The notes below the pieces were generated by a model. It ran no database searches. It was not told the origin of the DNA and was given only the letters and a program-made list of their open reading frames with translations. From the NCBI RefSeq assembly GCF_030028105.1, contig NC_092379.1:24731821-24795820 (forward strand): a stretch of DNA of 64,000 nt. Reading direction: 5' to 3'. Below, piece by piece: positions 11,201 to 24,439 of this stretch. Position numbers and translations under genes: made by a program. The number at the start of each line of letters is the position of its first letter. Within the stretch, counting starts at the first letter, position 1. Source of the DNA: Mobula birostris (Eukaryota).

Positions 11201-11539
11201 CACAATCGTAATGCACTCTGGGGACCGGCTACTGCAATATTTTTCAAAGACAAAGGCAGGTCAGGTGCTGACAGCGTAAACAATGAACTCGAAAGTTGGG
11301 TGGGGCGGCCACATCATTAAGCAGATAAGGAATTTAATGTGCATCTCATGTCATTTTGACGTATGGAACCGAAATTACAAGGGCTTGCCAGAAAAAAGAA
11401 AAGTGGCTACATCATGCTGAGACTATTTAATTGACACAGTATAGTCCAGAAGGCATGGAAGGAAAATGCGCAGAATATATCAATATAAATCAATGAAATG
11501 ACGTGATACAGGATCGGAAGATGTTGAAACATTGTCAGT

Positions 11540-11900
11540 ATAGTGAAGAAACTGCAAGCGTAAAAGGAAACTAATCAGAGTTATATACAAAGCTTCCAAC
11601 AGTACCTGGGAGGTGAACCACACATTACAATAGGAAATAAAAAAAAAAGGCTGGTCAAAATAGGAATGTTATGATAGGCATGCGTGATTTTAACATGAAG
11701 GTCGAATCTGAAAATCGCGTTTGTAATGCATTTGAAGAGAGTGAATTGCTGAATGACTAATACCTCAGGGCATTGCGGAACGGAGGCGAGATATAGAACA
11801 CTTTAGCACAGAATGCTCAAAGGGTGTTAAAAATAGCCGATGGTTTCATTATTAGAGGGCTGCTGCTAGCGCTGGGACTTCCAATAAACTAATTGCTAGT
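11540..11900 (+). mobile_element. CR1 endonuclease-region remnant
   Basis: Decayed IY.PPNS / GDFN-like segment. Confidence 0.45.
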
Positions 11901-13454
11901 TTTGCTGTACAGATTAGACGGGCAGACACACAAAGACCCTAAAATATGCAGCGTGCAGTGGTTCTCTTGGGAGAAGTCCACATGCAGAAGAAGGCGCATA
12001 AAATCGTATTTAGAAGTAAACATATTCATCAAGCACGTATATTATCGAGTAACAAAAATTGAAACAGACATAACTGCATTAACTTATCAACAGCTTATTA
12101 GCAAACTATTCCGTCATGTTAGTAAATACACAATGAATGGTAGAATTATTATTAAATTAATCTATTCTCTAAAGAGATGTTTTAACAAAAAAAACATGAA
12201 TGAGAACAAGAGCTAGACTGAAGCCAAAGTAAAGATTGCAGTTGTGCTATTCAAACAAGTAATGTGGTGACGCAATCCGAAGAGTTCACGGAAGTTAAAT
12301 TAATTCTACAATTGTTCCACAACCGGACTGGCATTGCAAAAAACACAGACGTAGAGTATTGACAGAATGTTGTTGACGTCTGTGAGTTTACAGACAAAAT
12401 TATGCTAACAATTAACACCCCACTGACATAATACATGGACACTGAAGCAACAAAAAGACGCTACTTGCCAAGGAAAGCATGCAATCAACATTTGCCAAAA
12501 TAAAAAAAAGGTCATATTCTCAAAAATAGTATATTATGACAATATTTAGGAAAACTAGAAGCCGTTGTAAAACTGCACACTCCACTCCATTAATATTAAC
12601 AGCCAAAAAAGAAAAAACAAAACAAAAAAAAGAACAGCATTAGGAAAATATCCAAGGCATTTTTCCAGGAGGAATCTCAAAGCCGAATATAGTTTTATCG
12701 ACCTTTATAAAATGAAGTCAACGAAAATAGTGTATCAAATCAGAGATAACTAAACGAATGATACTGAAATTTGACTCGAATAAACATCGACGATTTGTCG
12801 TTTTACGCTGCGTCATGAGATTAGCAAAACCAAATAATTAAAATTTTAGTGAAAAATAGAGATACAAACACGAATTTTGGATACATAAGAGCAGAATATT
12901 AAAAGAAGAAAAAAAAATAAAGGTGCAGTAGAGAGAGTACGATATAACACAGGATTCAATAGAATTGATGAATGAATACGAAACAGACAAATATCTTATC
13001 TGGAATACCAGCAAGCAACGAGAAAAGATCATGGCATGATAAAGGGAAAACATTCGAAATAATAGACATAAAATCTTAAGAAAATCTGCCAAAATGAGCT
13101 CCGCATTAAACACACCACAAAACAATGTGTATGTTTGTTACAGTTCTATTAATGTATCCTTTTGGCATTATATTTCGGTACGACACTAATTTGGAAAATT
13201 ACAAACAAAATATAAAAATTACAAAAAAACTTTCGAAAACACTATGTTTACTCGATGCATTTAATCCAGTACTACTTGGGCAGAGGTACAAAGAGCAAGA
13301 AAATATATTGCAATAATCTACACAACAGTGTAACAGAAGTTGTAACGATATAATCTCATCAACGAAAACGCGGTTCATCACTCCATGCGAGCATATGCAA
13401 TCCTGATAAGGAGTTAACACAACTAAACTCAGATGAAGCCTCAACTAGGAAGCA

Positions 13455-13990
13455 TGATGAAATAGATTAGAATAGATTAGATTCAACTGTATTGTCATTG
13501 TGCCGAGTACAGATACAAATCCAATCAAATGCAATTAGCATCTGACCAGAACTGCAAAAAAAAAATATTATTTACAAAATAACTGCGAATAAAAAGGAAG
13601 TGCTACAGCATCCAAATATAAAAATACTGAGACAGTCCAATATGGATGCAATACTGCTTAGCACGGTGATATGTGGTTCAGCAGGAGCAAAGCCTCAGGG
13701 AGGAAGCTCTAGCTGAGGCTGCTGGTGCTGGAGTACAGGCTCCTGTAGCGCCTACCGGATGGGAGGAGAATAAGAAGTCCATGGTTAGGGTGAGATGCAT
13801 CTTTGATAATGCGTTTCGCCCTCCCTATGCAGCGTTTATTAGAGAGATTCTCAATGGTGTGCACTTGGTTCCCGCTAATCCGCTGAGCAGTTTTCAGCAC
13901 CCGGTGGAGCGTTTTGCCGTCCGATACGGGAAAATTGTCATGCCACGCTGAGATGCAGTTGGTGAGTATGTTCTCAATGGTACAGCGTTA
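13455..13990 (-). mobile_element. Rex/Babar-type LINE 3' fragment
   Basis: KTAQRISG...IIKDASHPNHGLLILLPSGRRYRSL motif (ORF 13709..13900); short-repeat tail at left end. Confidence 0.75.
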
Positions 13991-13994
13991 AATG

Positions 13995-15035
13995 TCCGTC
14001 AGTATCCCGGAACAGAGGAAAGCCTTCTTAATGTCCCACAGGAAATAAAGGTTTTTATTTGATTAGCCGGTAATTTACCTGCTTTGTCTCCGTGGATATT
14101 AAATTGACTTTTATCTTTTAGAAGTTGATTTTCAATTAGATATGGTAAAAGAAGACCATATTTAGTTTTATTTTCAACCCGCATTTCATATATAGCAGGT
14201 TCTGGAGTCAATGCACACTTTTCATCTAATTGTTTCATCTAATTAGCTAGTTCAATTCTCTCTTTATTAGCGTTTTGTTTCTTAACATTTGTAGTCTAAG
14301 AAATAATGTGTCCTCTGACTGAAGCCTTAAAGGCATTCCATATATTAAGTCTAGAAGTCTCTTCCCGCGTATTCTCTTCAAAAGTGTAATCTGTCCCATC
14401 AAAAAAAAAAAAAAAATCCTTTTCTGGTAACAAAGTTGGATAAAAACACCAAACTCTGTTTATTTGAGGGAGAACAGGATGATTTAAAGATAAAAACACA
14501 GGAGCATGATCTGAGACAGCAATCTTTCTATAGTGGCTTTACTTCCTGAGAAAGCTAAAGAAATTTGGCCTGTCCCCTGAAACCGACACTATTTTTTATA
14601 GCTGCACCGAAGAAAGCATTCTTATAGGGTGCATCACAACCTGGCATGGAAGTTGTCCTGTCCAAGACCGGAAGATGCTGCAGAAGATCGTGAGCACATC
14701 ACACAAATCAATCTTCCGTGCTTGGACGCACTTTACACCGCACGCTATCGGAGCAGTGCTTCTAGGATAAACAAGGACACGACCCATCCAGCCGAAACAC
14801 TTTTCCTCCATATTCCCTCCGGGAGAAAGCTCAGGAGCTTGAAGGTTTGGGAACAGTTTCTTTCCTACTGTGATAAGACTACTGAACGGATCCTGACCAG
14901 GATCTGGGCCGTACTCTCCAAATATCCGGAACTGCCTCTCGTTTTATTTTATTCATTTGTGATTTTTTTTTTGCACTACCTTACTTTCCCTTTTATATTT
15001 TCCGTTCATGATTTATAATGTATTTATTTATCTAT

Positions 15036-15070
<35 letters not shown>

Positions 15071-15725
15071 TTAACTTTTTACTTTTTACAATCAATCGAT
15101 TTGTACTCCAGGGAGCACGAAGCGCAGAATCAAATATCGCTGTCATGATTTTACGCTCTAGTATCAATTACTCGGAACAATAAGGTGAAGTAAAGTAAAG
15201 TATTCACAGGATCAAACTAATGAATCATTTGACTATTAATATTAATAATTAAAAAGAAAACCAGTCCTGAAATACGATCTAAAACTGGGTCTAAGCAACA
15301 GTCAAAATCTCCGCCCAAAACTGGTGAGTAAAGATTTAAATCAGGCAAAATTGAAATAAAAAAGGCTCTCAAAGATCCCTGGATCGTCCCTATTCGGCGC
15401 ACATAAGTTAACAGATACCATTAATTTATTACCTAAATTTCCTGATACTATAACAAAACGCCCGTTGGTACCAGACACTACCTTATGTTGAACAAAATAA
15501 ACTGCATAATCAATAAAATTCGAAACTCCCTGGACTTAGTCTGAAAGGAGGAATTAAATTTAAGTCCTTTCCAACGACTGAAGTGGCGTAAATTGTTATT
15601 TTTACGAACATGAATTTCTTGTAAAAAAATAATTGGGATCTGATTTTTTTTTACATATACAGTTCAATATCTTACTAAATTTCACGGTGTTGTTTAATCC
15701 GTTCATGTTAAGTCCTTTCATCCTT
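13995..15725 (-). mobile_element. L1 ORF2 endonuclease fragment, interrupted by a Rex/Babar insertion
   Basis: NVKGLN-like start near 15720, GGDFDCCLDPVLDR (15217..15402), SDHAPV near 14500, WNAFKASVRGHIIS (14296..14499). Confidence 0.75.
14526..15200 (+). mobile_element. Rex/Babar-type LINE 3' fragment containing a (TTTA)n tract (about 15021-15072)
   Basis: LDALYTARYRSSASRINKDTTHPAETLFLHIPSGRKLRSL (ORF 14629..15018); TAAAG-repeat tail. Confidence 0.75.
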
Positions 15726-15729
15726 TCTT

Positions 15730-18700
15730 CTATCCAAACAATAACTTTTGAAAAAGGGAAACCAGGCAACGCATGTTGCTAAGGGACCAAAACAGCTTAC
15801 AGAAAAAAAGGAACTCTTCAGAATCTTCATATATATATATATGTTTCCGGAACATGTCCATAATAGATTCCAAAGTTGCAGGAGGGTCTTTTTTTTTTTT
15901 TTTTTTTGTAGCTTTAGCACTTCTCATAATAACAATATTAGCTTTAAAAGTAAGATTTCAAAAAAGAAGATTATTCTACATCTTTGATGCTATTGTCGAT
16001 TTGAGGCAAAAAAACACTGAAATGAGGTTTCCGAGGAATTTCAGTGATTAAGAAAAGAATCCGCCGAGGAAATTCAGCAGTGCAGAAAGGAACAATTTGG
16101 TTCTGAATTTGAACAATTAAGTACAAAACTGGATTCTACTCAAATAACCTTAACTAAGCATGATAAAGGAGTAAATAGGAATGAAGAATTTCTATTGATT
16201 CTGGATTAGAAAATGGCCGACATGCAAAAACGTTATGGAAAGCAATCCAAGGTAAACGGCGAACTACGACAGAAGATTACTGATTTGGAAAACAGAAGTA
16301 AAAGGAATAATGTACACATTCTTGGTCTCGAAGTGTTAACTGAAGCTGATCGTCCTACGGATTTTTTTTTTTTTTGCAAACTTTCTGGTTCAGTTATTTC
16401 ATGATATCTTAAAATCGATACCAGTAATCGACCGAGCGCACAGAGTACCTGGGAACAAAATGTTTGCAAGCAAACCTCGTTCAGTGGTAATCGCTTTTCT
16501 TGAGTTTCAAATGAAGGACTGTATAAATTGTGAATCTCGTGGGAAACGTATGATTGATTTTAATGGTAAACAAATTAGAGTTGTTGAAAATTTCTCAGCA
16601 CTGGATATGAGGGAGCGCTATGTTTAAAAGCGTCTTGTCAGAGTTCTACAACAAGGATTTTAACCTTCTCTACAGTATCCGGTGAAGCTCAGAATTACAC
16701 TGCAGGGCGGGTCGCAAAATGGTTCCTTTCGAGTTTCCAGACCCAGGAATATTTAGAGTCAGTGAAGTGATTGCTTATTATTTGGTAACTGAATAACTGT
16801 TTATTTTACTTTTGGTAAACTGTGTACTCTTTTTTTTCTTTTGTACTTTTTAAGGATTTATTTCGAGAATAAGTTTTTAATGTGTTATTACTTTATCTGC
16901 TAAGTTTATAAGTGTCATGTTAGAGCAGTTGAAAAAAAAACAACTTACATGAATAATTGTGTATTTTGCCTCTGGTGAATCCTGTAGTTGCTTTTATTTT
17001 ACAACCCCTTGAAGTTTTACTTTGAGAATAAGGTTCTAATAGGCCAATATACTATGTGTCCATATTATTTTGTATATACTTACTTGTCTAGAGTTTTTGA
17101 TATCAGAATTCACAGTTTCTGTATTATCTGTTGTTTTAACTATGTTGGAATATTTCTAACTTTTCTAATTTATTGTGGAAGTAAGCCAGCAGGATTTTTA
17201 GGGCATCAACTTCCTTTGGTCGACTTTCTCTCTTTGGAAGAGGGGAGGGTGTTTGTGTTTTTTTTCTTTGAAGTTGTTTGGGATTCACAGTCAAACCTGT
17301 TGCTTGGTTTTCTTATCTCATAGGTCATGGTTTAGTTTTATTAATATTTCTAAGGATTATCCTTTTAAATTTTCTTTTAAATAATAATAAAATGGAATAT
17401 AATATTAAGTTACTTAGTCTTGAATTGAACAGATGAAATTATCCTTTGAACGAAATAAGATTTTTGCCTATATTAAAAAGAATAAAAGACTTTTTTTTTA
17501 CAATATACACAGACACGCAATTCTGAGAACTCATGCCTTTTCAGCCGATGGAGAGGAAGAACATTTCATTCAAGTTTTCAGGCTATGGCGAAAGGATTTC
17601 AATTTTTATATAAAATACACTTTCATTTGGTAGAAAACTTTAATTGCTGGTTAAATCAAGCTTCAGATGGGTCGTCTTCTAAAGCAGCGATATGTTTATC
17701 CATTAGTTTCAAATGAAAGATGGTATTGTTAAAATATGGCGCTTCTTAGATCCAGCAGATAGAGAATCCTCGTTTTTCTCTCATGTTCATCATTATATAT
17801 TTCAAAATTGACCATTTTATTGATAACCAAAATATTTCCTTATTTCGATTTTGTGAGTATAAAGAGATTGCTATTTCTGATCATACTGTTGTGCTTTTTT
17901 ATCCATAAATCTTCTTTTGTTCCCTCTCTCTCAGACAACAGGTTCTGGCGTTTTAAGTTAACTTTGTTATCTGACAATGATTTCCTAAAGTTCTTGGAGA
18001 GGCAAATTACTTCCCTTTTTGAAGAGAATATGGTAGAGGAGTCTTCCAGCCCTATAAAATAGGATGCCTTTAAAACATATATTAGAGGGCACATAATTTC
18101 TTACACTGCAAGTATTAAAAAAGAACTAATTAAATTAGAATTATTTTAGCCAATCAGCTGAAACAGTTCAATGGAAAACATTCTTTGACTTCGGATCATG
18201 ATGTATATATAAAAAACGAGTTGAAATTAAAACTAAATATTTTTTTAAATTAACATACCTTATTGAAACTCAACTCCTAAATGATAAAAGTCAATTTTAT
18301 ATTCATGGAGATAAAACAGGTAAATTATTGTCTAATCAAATTAAAACTTCCAGTCCTAAATAACAGATTAAAGAAATTTATAAAGCTAACGCTATTAGGA
18401 CAACTGATCATTTAGAAATAAATGATACCTTTAGAGAAATTTATTCTAAACATTGTTGTTCTGATCTTCTTTAAGATAATACGGTAATAGATACTTTCTT
18501 TTACACAAAATAAATATTTCTACTCTTTTTGTTGATAACCGAAAACTGTTGGACCAATGTATTTTGCACGAAGAAGTCGCCGACGCTGTACGTTCACTGC
18601 ATTCTGGGAAAGCTCCAGGTCCTGACCGATTTTCTGGAGAATTCTATAAGGCTTTTTCTTCTTTGCTTATACATCATTTATGTTCTTTTTTTTTTCTTTT

Positions 18701-21700
18701 TTCAGATTCTTTTAAGTTAGATAGGTTGCCACAATCTTTGAATGAAGCTTTTATTTCGCTTATCTTTAACAAAATAGGAACACAGCTGAATGTTCTTCCA
18801 ATAGACCAGTTATCCTAGTAATATTTATGCTAAAATTCTATCCATAGGTTGGTCCGCATGATGGAATATACCTTATCTTCTATGATTTCTGAAGATCAGA
18901 CTGGTTTTATTAAAAATCGATATTATCATTTTAATATTCGTCGATTATGAAATGTTATATATTCTTCTTCTGAGGAGATATCGGAGTGAGTGATATCCTT
19001 TGATGCTGTGAAGGCTTTTACTTGGGTTGAATGGCATTATTTATTCAAAATTGCAGAAAAAAAATTGGGTCCAACTTTCTTCAATGGATTAAATAACAGT
19101 AATATCCCCTTCCGTTCCTTTTCTTACTAATTCTCAGAATTCTAAACCATTTCAAATTCAACGAGGAACCAGACAAGGCTGCTCTTTGAGTACTTTGCTC
19201 TTTGAACTGGCTTCAGAACTTTTAGCTACTGCTTTTCAATAATCTAATGATATCATTTTACGGAAGGGTACTATCCACAAAGTTCTACTCTATGTGGATG
19301 ATTTATTGCTTTACATATCTAATATCTAAACTTCACTACCTTCTGTGCTTTTTTTACTCTCTTGTTTTAGTCTTTTTTTTCTGGATATAAACTGAATCGA
19401 CACAATAGTGAACGTTTCCTTTGAATAATTTGCTATTAACTGATATTAACTTTCCTTTTAAAATTGTTAGAAACCAATTCACTTATTTGGGTATAACAAT
19501 TACTAGGAATTTTAAATACCTATTTAAAGATTCTTTTTTTCTTAATTTATTAAATTATATCAAAAGAACATTATCAAATTGGTCACCCCTTTCGTTATCA
19601 TTGATTGTTCGAATTAATTCTATTAAAATGAATGTTTTACCTAAATTTCTGTACCTCTTTCAGGCTACTCCTTTTTATTCCCAAATACTTCTTTGACTCG
19701 CTGGACTATATTCTATCCTTCTACATATGTTAAAATAAACGTCTTCGATTGAATAATCTCCATCTCCAGAAAGTTAAAAAGAATGGAAGTTTAGCTTTAC
19801 CTAATTTTAGGTTTTATTACTTTGCAGATGATATACAGAAACTCACGTTTTGGTTATACTGTATTAATCATTAGGACTGTCTCGTGTAGGTTTCTTTAGA
19901 AGCTAACTCGGTTAAAAAATGTTATATTATCTCTCTTTTGGGATCTTCAATTCCTTTAACCTTAAGTATGATAACTGAAAATGCGGTAGGCAAAATACTT
20001 CGAGTATTTGGATACAATTTAGAAAACACTTTGATTTATTGAGATTTTCCCTTTCTAGCTCATGTTCTAAAGTTATTTTTAAGCCTTCTATGACTGATGT
20101 AGATTTTAAACAATGGGAAGGATTGGGCATTACATTTTTCAAGGATCTGCTTGAGAATGAAGTCTTTCTTCGTTCGAACAATTTTCAACTAATTATAGTT
20201 TACCATTTTTTTTTCTTTTTCCGGTACTTACAAAGTAGAAAGTTACTGCGTTATCAATTTCATACATTTCCTAATAGTCCTGATAAGAACATATTGGATG
20301 AAATTCTTAATATGAAATCATTGTATACTGGATCAATATCCATTATTTAAGATATGTTGTTGGGAATGAGAAATTATTCTGTAGGCAAAAGCAAAAATCT
20401 TTGGAAAGAAGATATACAGACTTCAATATCTGAAAAAAATATAGGAATCGGATTTTTTAATTGGTTAATACTTCATCGTTATGTGTTCGTCATTCTCTCC
20501 TAAAATTTAAGGTGGTTCGTAGGGTTTATATGACCAAGGATAGGTTATCTCGTTTTTATATAGATACATCTCCCCTCTGTGATAGGTGTAACAATGGAGA
20601 AGCTTCATTTATTCATATGTTTTGGACGTGCCTAAGTCTTGGAAAATTTTGGAAGGAAGCATTCCAAACATTTTCTGTACTCTTTAAAGTAAATTTTAAG
20701 CTTAAACCTTTAACTGCCCTATTTGGTATTGTTGAGAGGAAAGATATCATTTTGAAGACATCTGATTACCACATTCTGGCGTTTATCTCTCTTATGGATC
20801 GGAGGGTGCTTTTCTTTAAATGGAAGGACACTGTTCCACCTAATCATGCACAGTGGCTAAGGGATGTTATGGCATGCCTAAATTGACAAAAGATTCGTTG
20901 TTCAGTTTCTGAATCTAAACAACATTTTCAAAATTTGTGGGGGCTGTTTTTAAATTATTTTCATAATCTTTGACCTCTCGTGAAAGTACAGAAGTTGGCT
21001 AATAGAATATTTTATTAACGGATACGTTTTTTTTTTTCATTTCATTCCCAAAATGCTTTGACTTTCTTAGTGGGTGTAGATCTTTTCCTTTTATTTCAAT
21101 AGAATTGTTTATATTCTCTCACGTGACCAGCAACAATTAATATATAAATGAGTCAGGTTTCAAAACCAAACATAAACATTTATTAAACTCTGCTCAAAAA
21201 CAGCGAAAAATATTCAAACGACTAACTTAACCGGAAGTTAACTGCTATACGGCAACACTGGAACAGTTCTAAAAGTGGTAAATTAGAACACAATCTTAAA
21301 GTGGTAAATTCGATCAGACTTAATATGGTAAATTCGGAAGTCCAGTGACTTACACAGTCAATAAGAAAACTTCTCTGGAAAGAGATATCTTCAAGTCTTG
21401 ACGTTACTGCTGATTCTGTCCAAAGGATTCACAACGAAAGAAATAAAATGGCTTAAAGGAACTGTACTTTACCTGGCGAATGAACACTGCACAAACCTTC
21501 CTGATATGACCGGAGTTATCTCAGATGCTGGTCACTATTTCTGAACGAAGATTCAATAAGGTCGATCCTGTATTAAACCGCCAAACGACACCAACTTTAC
21601 TCAATCCTTCAGGTTCCCATACTTTAGTAGGTTCTTCACTCTCCAGTACTAGATGACAATAGAATGTAAAACTCCAATTTAAAACGAAACTGCGTCATGA

Positions 21701-22110
21701 GACGAATATATAGCGTAACGGAGTAACTGACGAGGTAAAGAAGGTATCAACTGCTTAACAACAGACGTTTTCAGTTATATGCCTATTGAGAACATGTAAT
21801 CACGTGACCTCACACTGGTGGGAAAATTACATCACCTAACCATCAGAAGACCATGACATTATGCTCACAAGATACTCAATTATGTCATGGTCATAAGACA
21901 GTCACAAGATACTCACGAGGTATGTAGCAATTGAAGTATATGAATTCATCTAATCTATATGAATATCGAGTAAGGAGTTGGTAAATGTGATCAATATGCT
22001 GTATCTGGTATTATTACGTTTTATTTTGTTTTATACTATGTATTCTCTTGGACTCTGTATTCTTCTATATAGAAATCAGTAAAAATATTGGAGCAGAAAG
22101 AAAATAAAAG
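15730..22110 (+). mobile_element. Heavily decayed near full-length L1 (ORF1 about 15790-16770, ORF2 about 17390-20970), 3' UTR interrupted by a probable solo LTR
   Basis: ORF1 KITDLENRSKRNNVHILGLE; ORF2 fragments GKAPGPDRFSGEFYKAF, YLGITIT, KMNVLPKFLYLFQ, C-terminal CDRC..HMFWTC; A-rich end near 22100. Confidence 0.8.
21106..21929. mobile_element. Probable solo LTR inserted in the L1 3' UTR
   Basis: TG...CA ends, about 820 bp, internal AAAGTGGTAAATT repeats, L1 3' UTR resumes after it; no clear TSD. Confidence 0.55.
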
Positions 22111-22231
22111 TAGATTTATTCTGAGGCTTCCTGGATTCAAGAATGCCTGAAGGGGAAGTTTTGAGCAAATTAAATGCTTTTATTTTGTATCAACACTGGT
22201 TCACAGTCAACTTATTAGAAGTGCATAAGCT

Positions 22232-22860
22232 TATGAAAAGCATAGAGTACAGGAGCAGGGAGGTACTACTGCAGTTGTACAAAGCCTTGGTGAGACCGCA
22301 CCTGGAGTATTATGTGCAGTTTTGGTCCCCTAATCTGAGGAAAGACATTCTTGCCAGAGAGAGAGTACAGAGAAGGTTCACCAGATTGATTCCTGGGATG
22401 GCAGGACTTTCATATGAAGAAAGAATGGATGAACTGGGCTTGTACTCGTTGGAATTTAGAAGATTGAGGGGGGATCTTATTGAAACGTATTAGATCCTAA
22501 AGGGATTGGACAGGCTAGATGCAGGAAGATTGTTCCCGATGTTGGGGAAGTCCAGAACGAGGGGTCACAGTTTGAGGATAGAGGGGAAGCCTTTTAGGAC
22601 TGAGATTAGGAAAAACTTCTTCACACAGAGAGTGGCGAATCTGTGGAATTCACTGCCACAGGAAACAGTTGAGGCCAGTTCATTGGCTATATTTAAGAGG
22701 GAGTTAGATATGGCCCTTGTGGCTACGGGGGTCAGGGGGTATGGAGGGAAGGCTGGGGCGGTGTTCTGAGTTGGATGATCAGCCATGATCATAATAAATG
22801 GCGGTGCAGGCTCGAAGGGCCGACTGGCCTACTCCTGCACCTATTTTCTATGTTTCTATG
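22232..22860 (+). mobile_element. Young 5'-truncated CR1 LINE
   Basis: ORFs 22143..22493 and 22506..22769 (LVRPHLEYYVQFWSP..LRGDLIETY..FFTQRVANLWNSLP); TTTCTATG tail; absent from paralogous flanks at about 45280 and 52860. Confidence 0.9.
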
Positions 22861-23905
22861 AGAGGGATTTTCCTTTTTCAGCGCGGTAATGACAAACACG
22901 AGAATTCTTACCTTCATGGGGAATTTCCCGCAGATAACAGAAATAGACATTTTCTTTTGTTCACACGGAGAATAGTGAGTGACTGGAAATCCATGCCGGA
23001 GATGGTAGAAGATTCATGAGGATTTATTTTAACATTCGATTGCATAGATATAATGTAGACTACAAATTGAGGTTTATTGCCTTTGTATGAGGGAATGTGT
23101 GGATCGATAATTCAATTGTTCTACATTAGTTGTACACGCAACGTGTGACGATACGTCTGCAGTGTATGGTCCCGTTTGATATTCTTTGTTTTATATTCCA
23201 TGAGATGTCGAACGGTAGCGGATCCATCTTAAGGTATTTTGCGCAGGACCTGGGACAACTCTTTGTTAGCTTTTGTAAATATTGGATTGTTCATTCGCTG
23301 CTGACCTCCAAAATTAAAAAAAAAAAACACTACCATTTATACAATAAATCAAAGGATCTTCGGGAACCAGCTTCCTGAGTTACTCAAATACTCTGTCAAT
23401 ATATTTGGGAAATTAATTAAACAATTAACTTGGTTTAGAAAAACTATCAGTAGCATCTCATCATACAGTCTTCCCATGACTTTCGTACCAAATTACATAC
23501 AGAAGAATGTGGAGGTTTGGGGTTTAGTCATTAATCACGTTCTATTCCATATTAATATCATCTCAACATAATTTAAACATCAGCTTCCTATGTTCCCAAT
23601 AACATTTCCATCATATTTTTTTTTCAGGAAAATCTTTGACATTGTCTTGAAATTATTCAAATAATCGGTCAGCATAGAAGATCCAAAAGAGAGATTTCCA
23701 TGATGCATGATCTCGTAGAGGAATAAAATGTGGGACATGATTGTTATTTAATTTTTGAATAATTTGCTTCAAAAATAAATTTGTCGGAATTGTCCTGAAC
23801 GAATGGTCCTTAAAGAGTTTATATTACAAGTGGTGTGATGTTCATGTTCATTTTTGTTACATTTTAGTTTGTGTTATACTGTTGTTCGGAACTGCGTTCT
23901 TGGGG

Positions 23906-23975
23906 CAACATGGATTTAATGCAGGTGTGCAATAATCTCATCCCCCTGCCTGTATTTGACTGAATGAGTTATTTT
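23906..23975 (-). pseudogene. 3' end of the putative V relic behind supporting V of cassette B (rest deleted)
   Basis: SFSQIQAGG*DYCTPALN then heptamer-position CATGTTG; aligns with 3582-3650 and 53896-53960. Confidence 0.35.
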
Positions 23976-24094
23976 CTGTTCGACCCTGAAATATTAGTGC
24001 AGGATTCTCAGTATCTTCTCTGCGGTCTTGGCGCTCGCATGTTTTTGTACAGCTCCTTTCGTCTTTTGAAACGCTGTGTAACACACCACATTGA

Positions 24095-24133
24095 GGTTTT
24101 TGAGTATCCGTCTTCCTCCTGTCTATCACTGTG
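24095..24133 (-). other. 23-RSS of supporting V (cassette B)
   Basis: CACAGTG (24133-24127), 23 nt, TCAAAAACC. Confidence 0.95.
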
Positions 24134-24439
24134 CTCCTAGCCGACTTATGGCACATTGGTACAAAGCCGAATCGCTCTCTAGCAGTTTGGAGATCATTAA
24201 CTTGCTGATTTTCTTGTCACGGTCGAGATAACCGAAGAAGTGTCTTTCGCTAGCATATACAGGATCCTGTTCTCCAGAAGTGTGGCTCTGAAGCAGAAGT
24301 TTTGGAGGCTCACCTTGGAACTGCCGAAACCAGTGTACCGTATATGCACAAAATCCGAAGTACTTGCAGCTTAATGTGACGGCGTCTTCAGAATAGAAAG
24401 ATTGTAGAGGTGGACTCTTGGACTCCAGGGATAATGGAT
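24134..24439 (-). CDS. TRDV: Leaderless supporting TCR-delta-like V segment, cassette B (open; absent from ORF track for lack of a start codon)
   Basis: TTTCTTTAG acceptor; DPLSLESKSPPLQSFYSEDAVTLSCKYFGFCAYTVHWFRQ...SDSALYQCAISRLG, 306 nt, no stops; about 69% aa identity to copy A by manual count (70/102). Confidence 0.9.

Noticed and set aside
14497-15211. CACAGGA repeated at 14497 and 15205 as a TSD for the Rex/Babar insert
   Set aside because: The left copy is part of the L1 SDHAPV codons, so the match is coincidental
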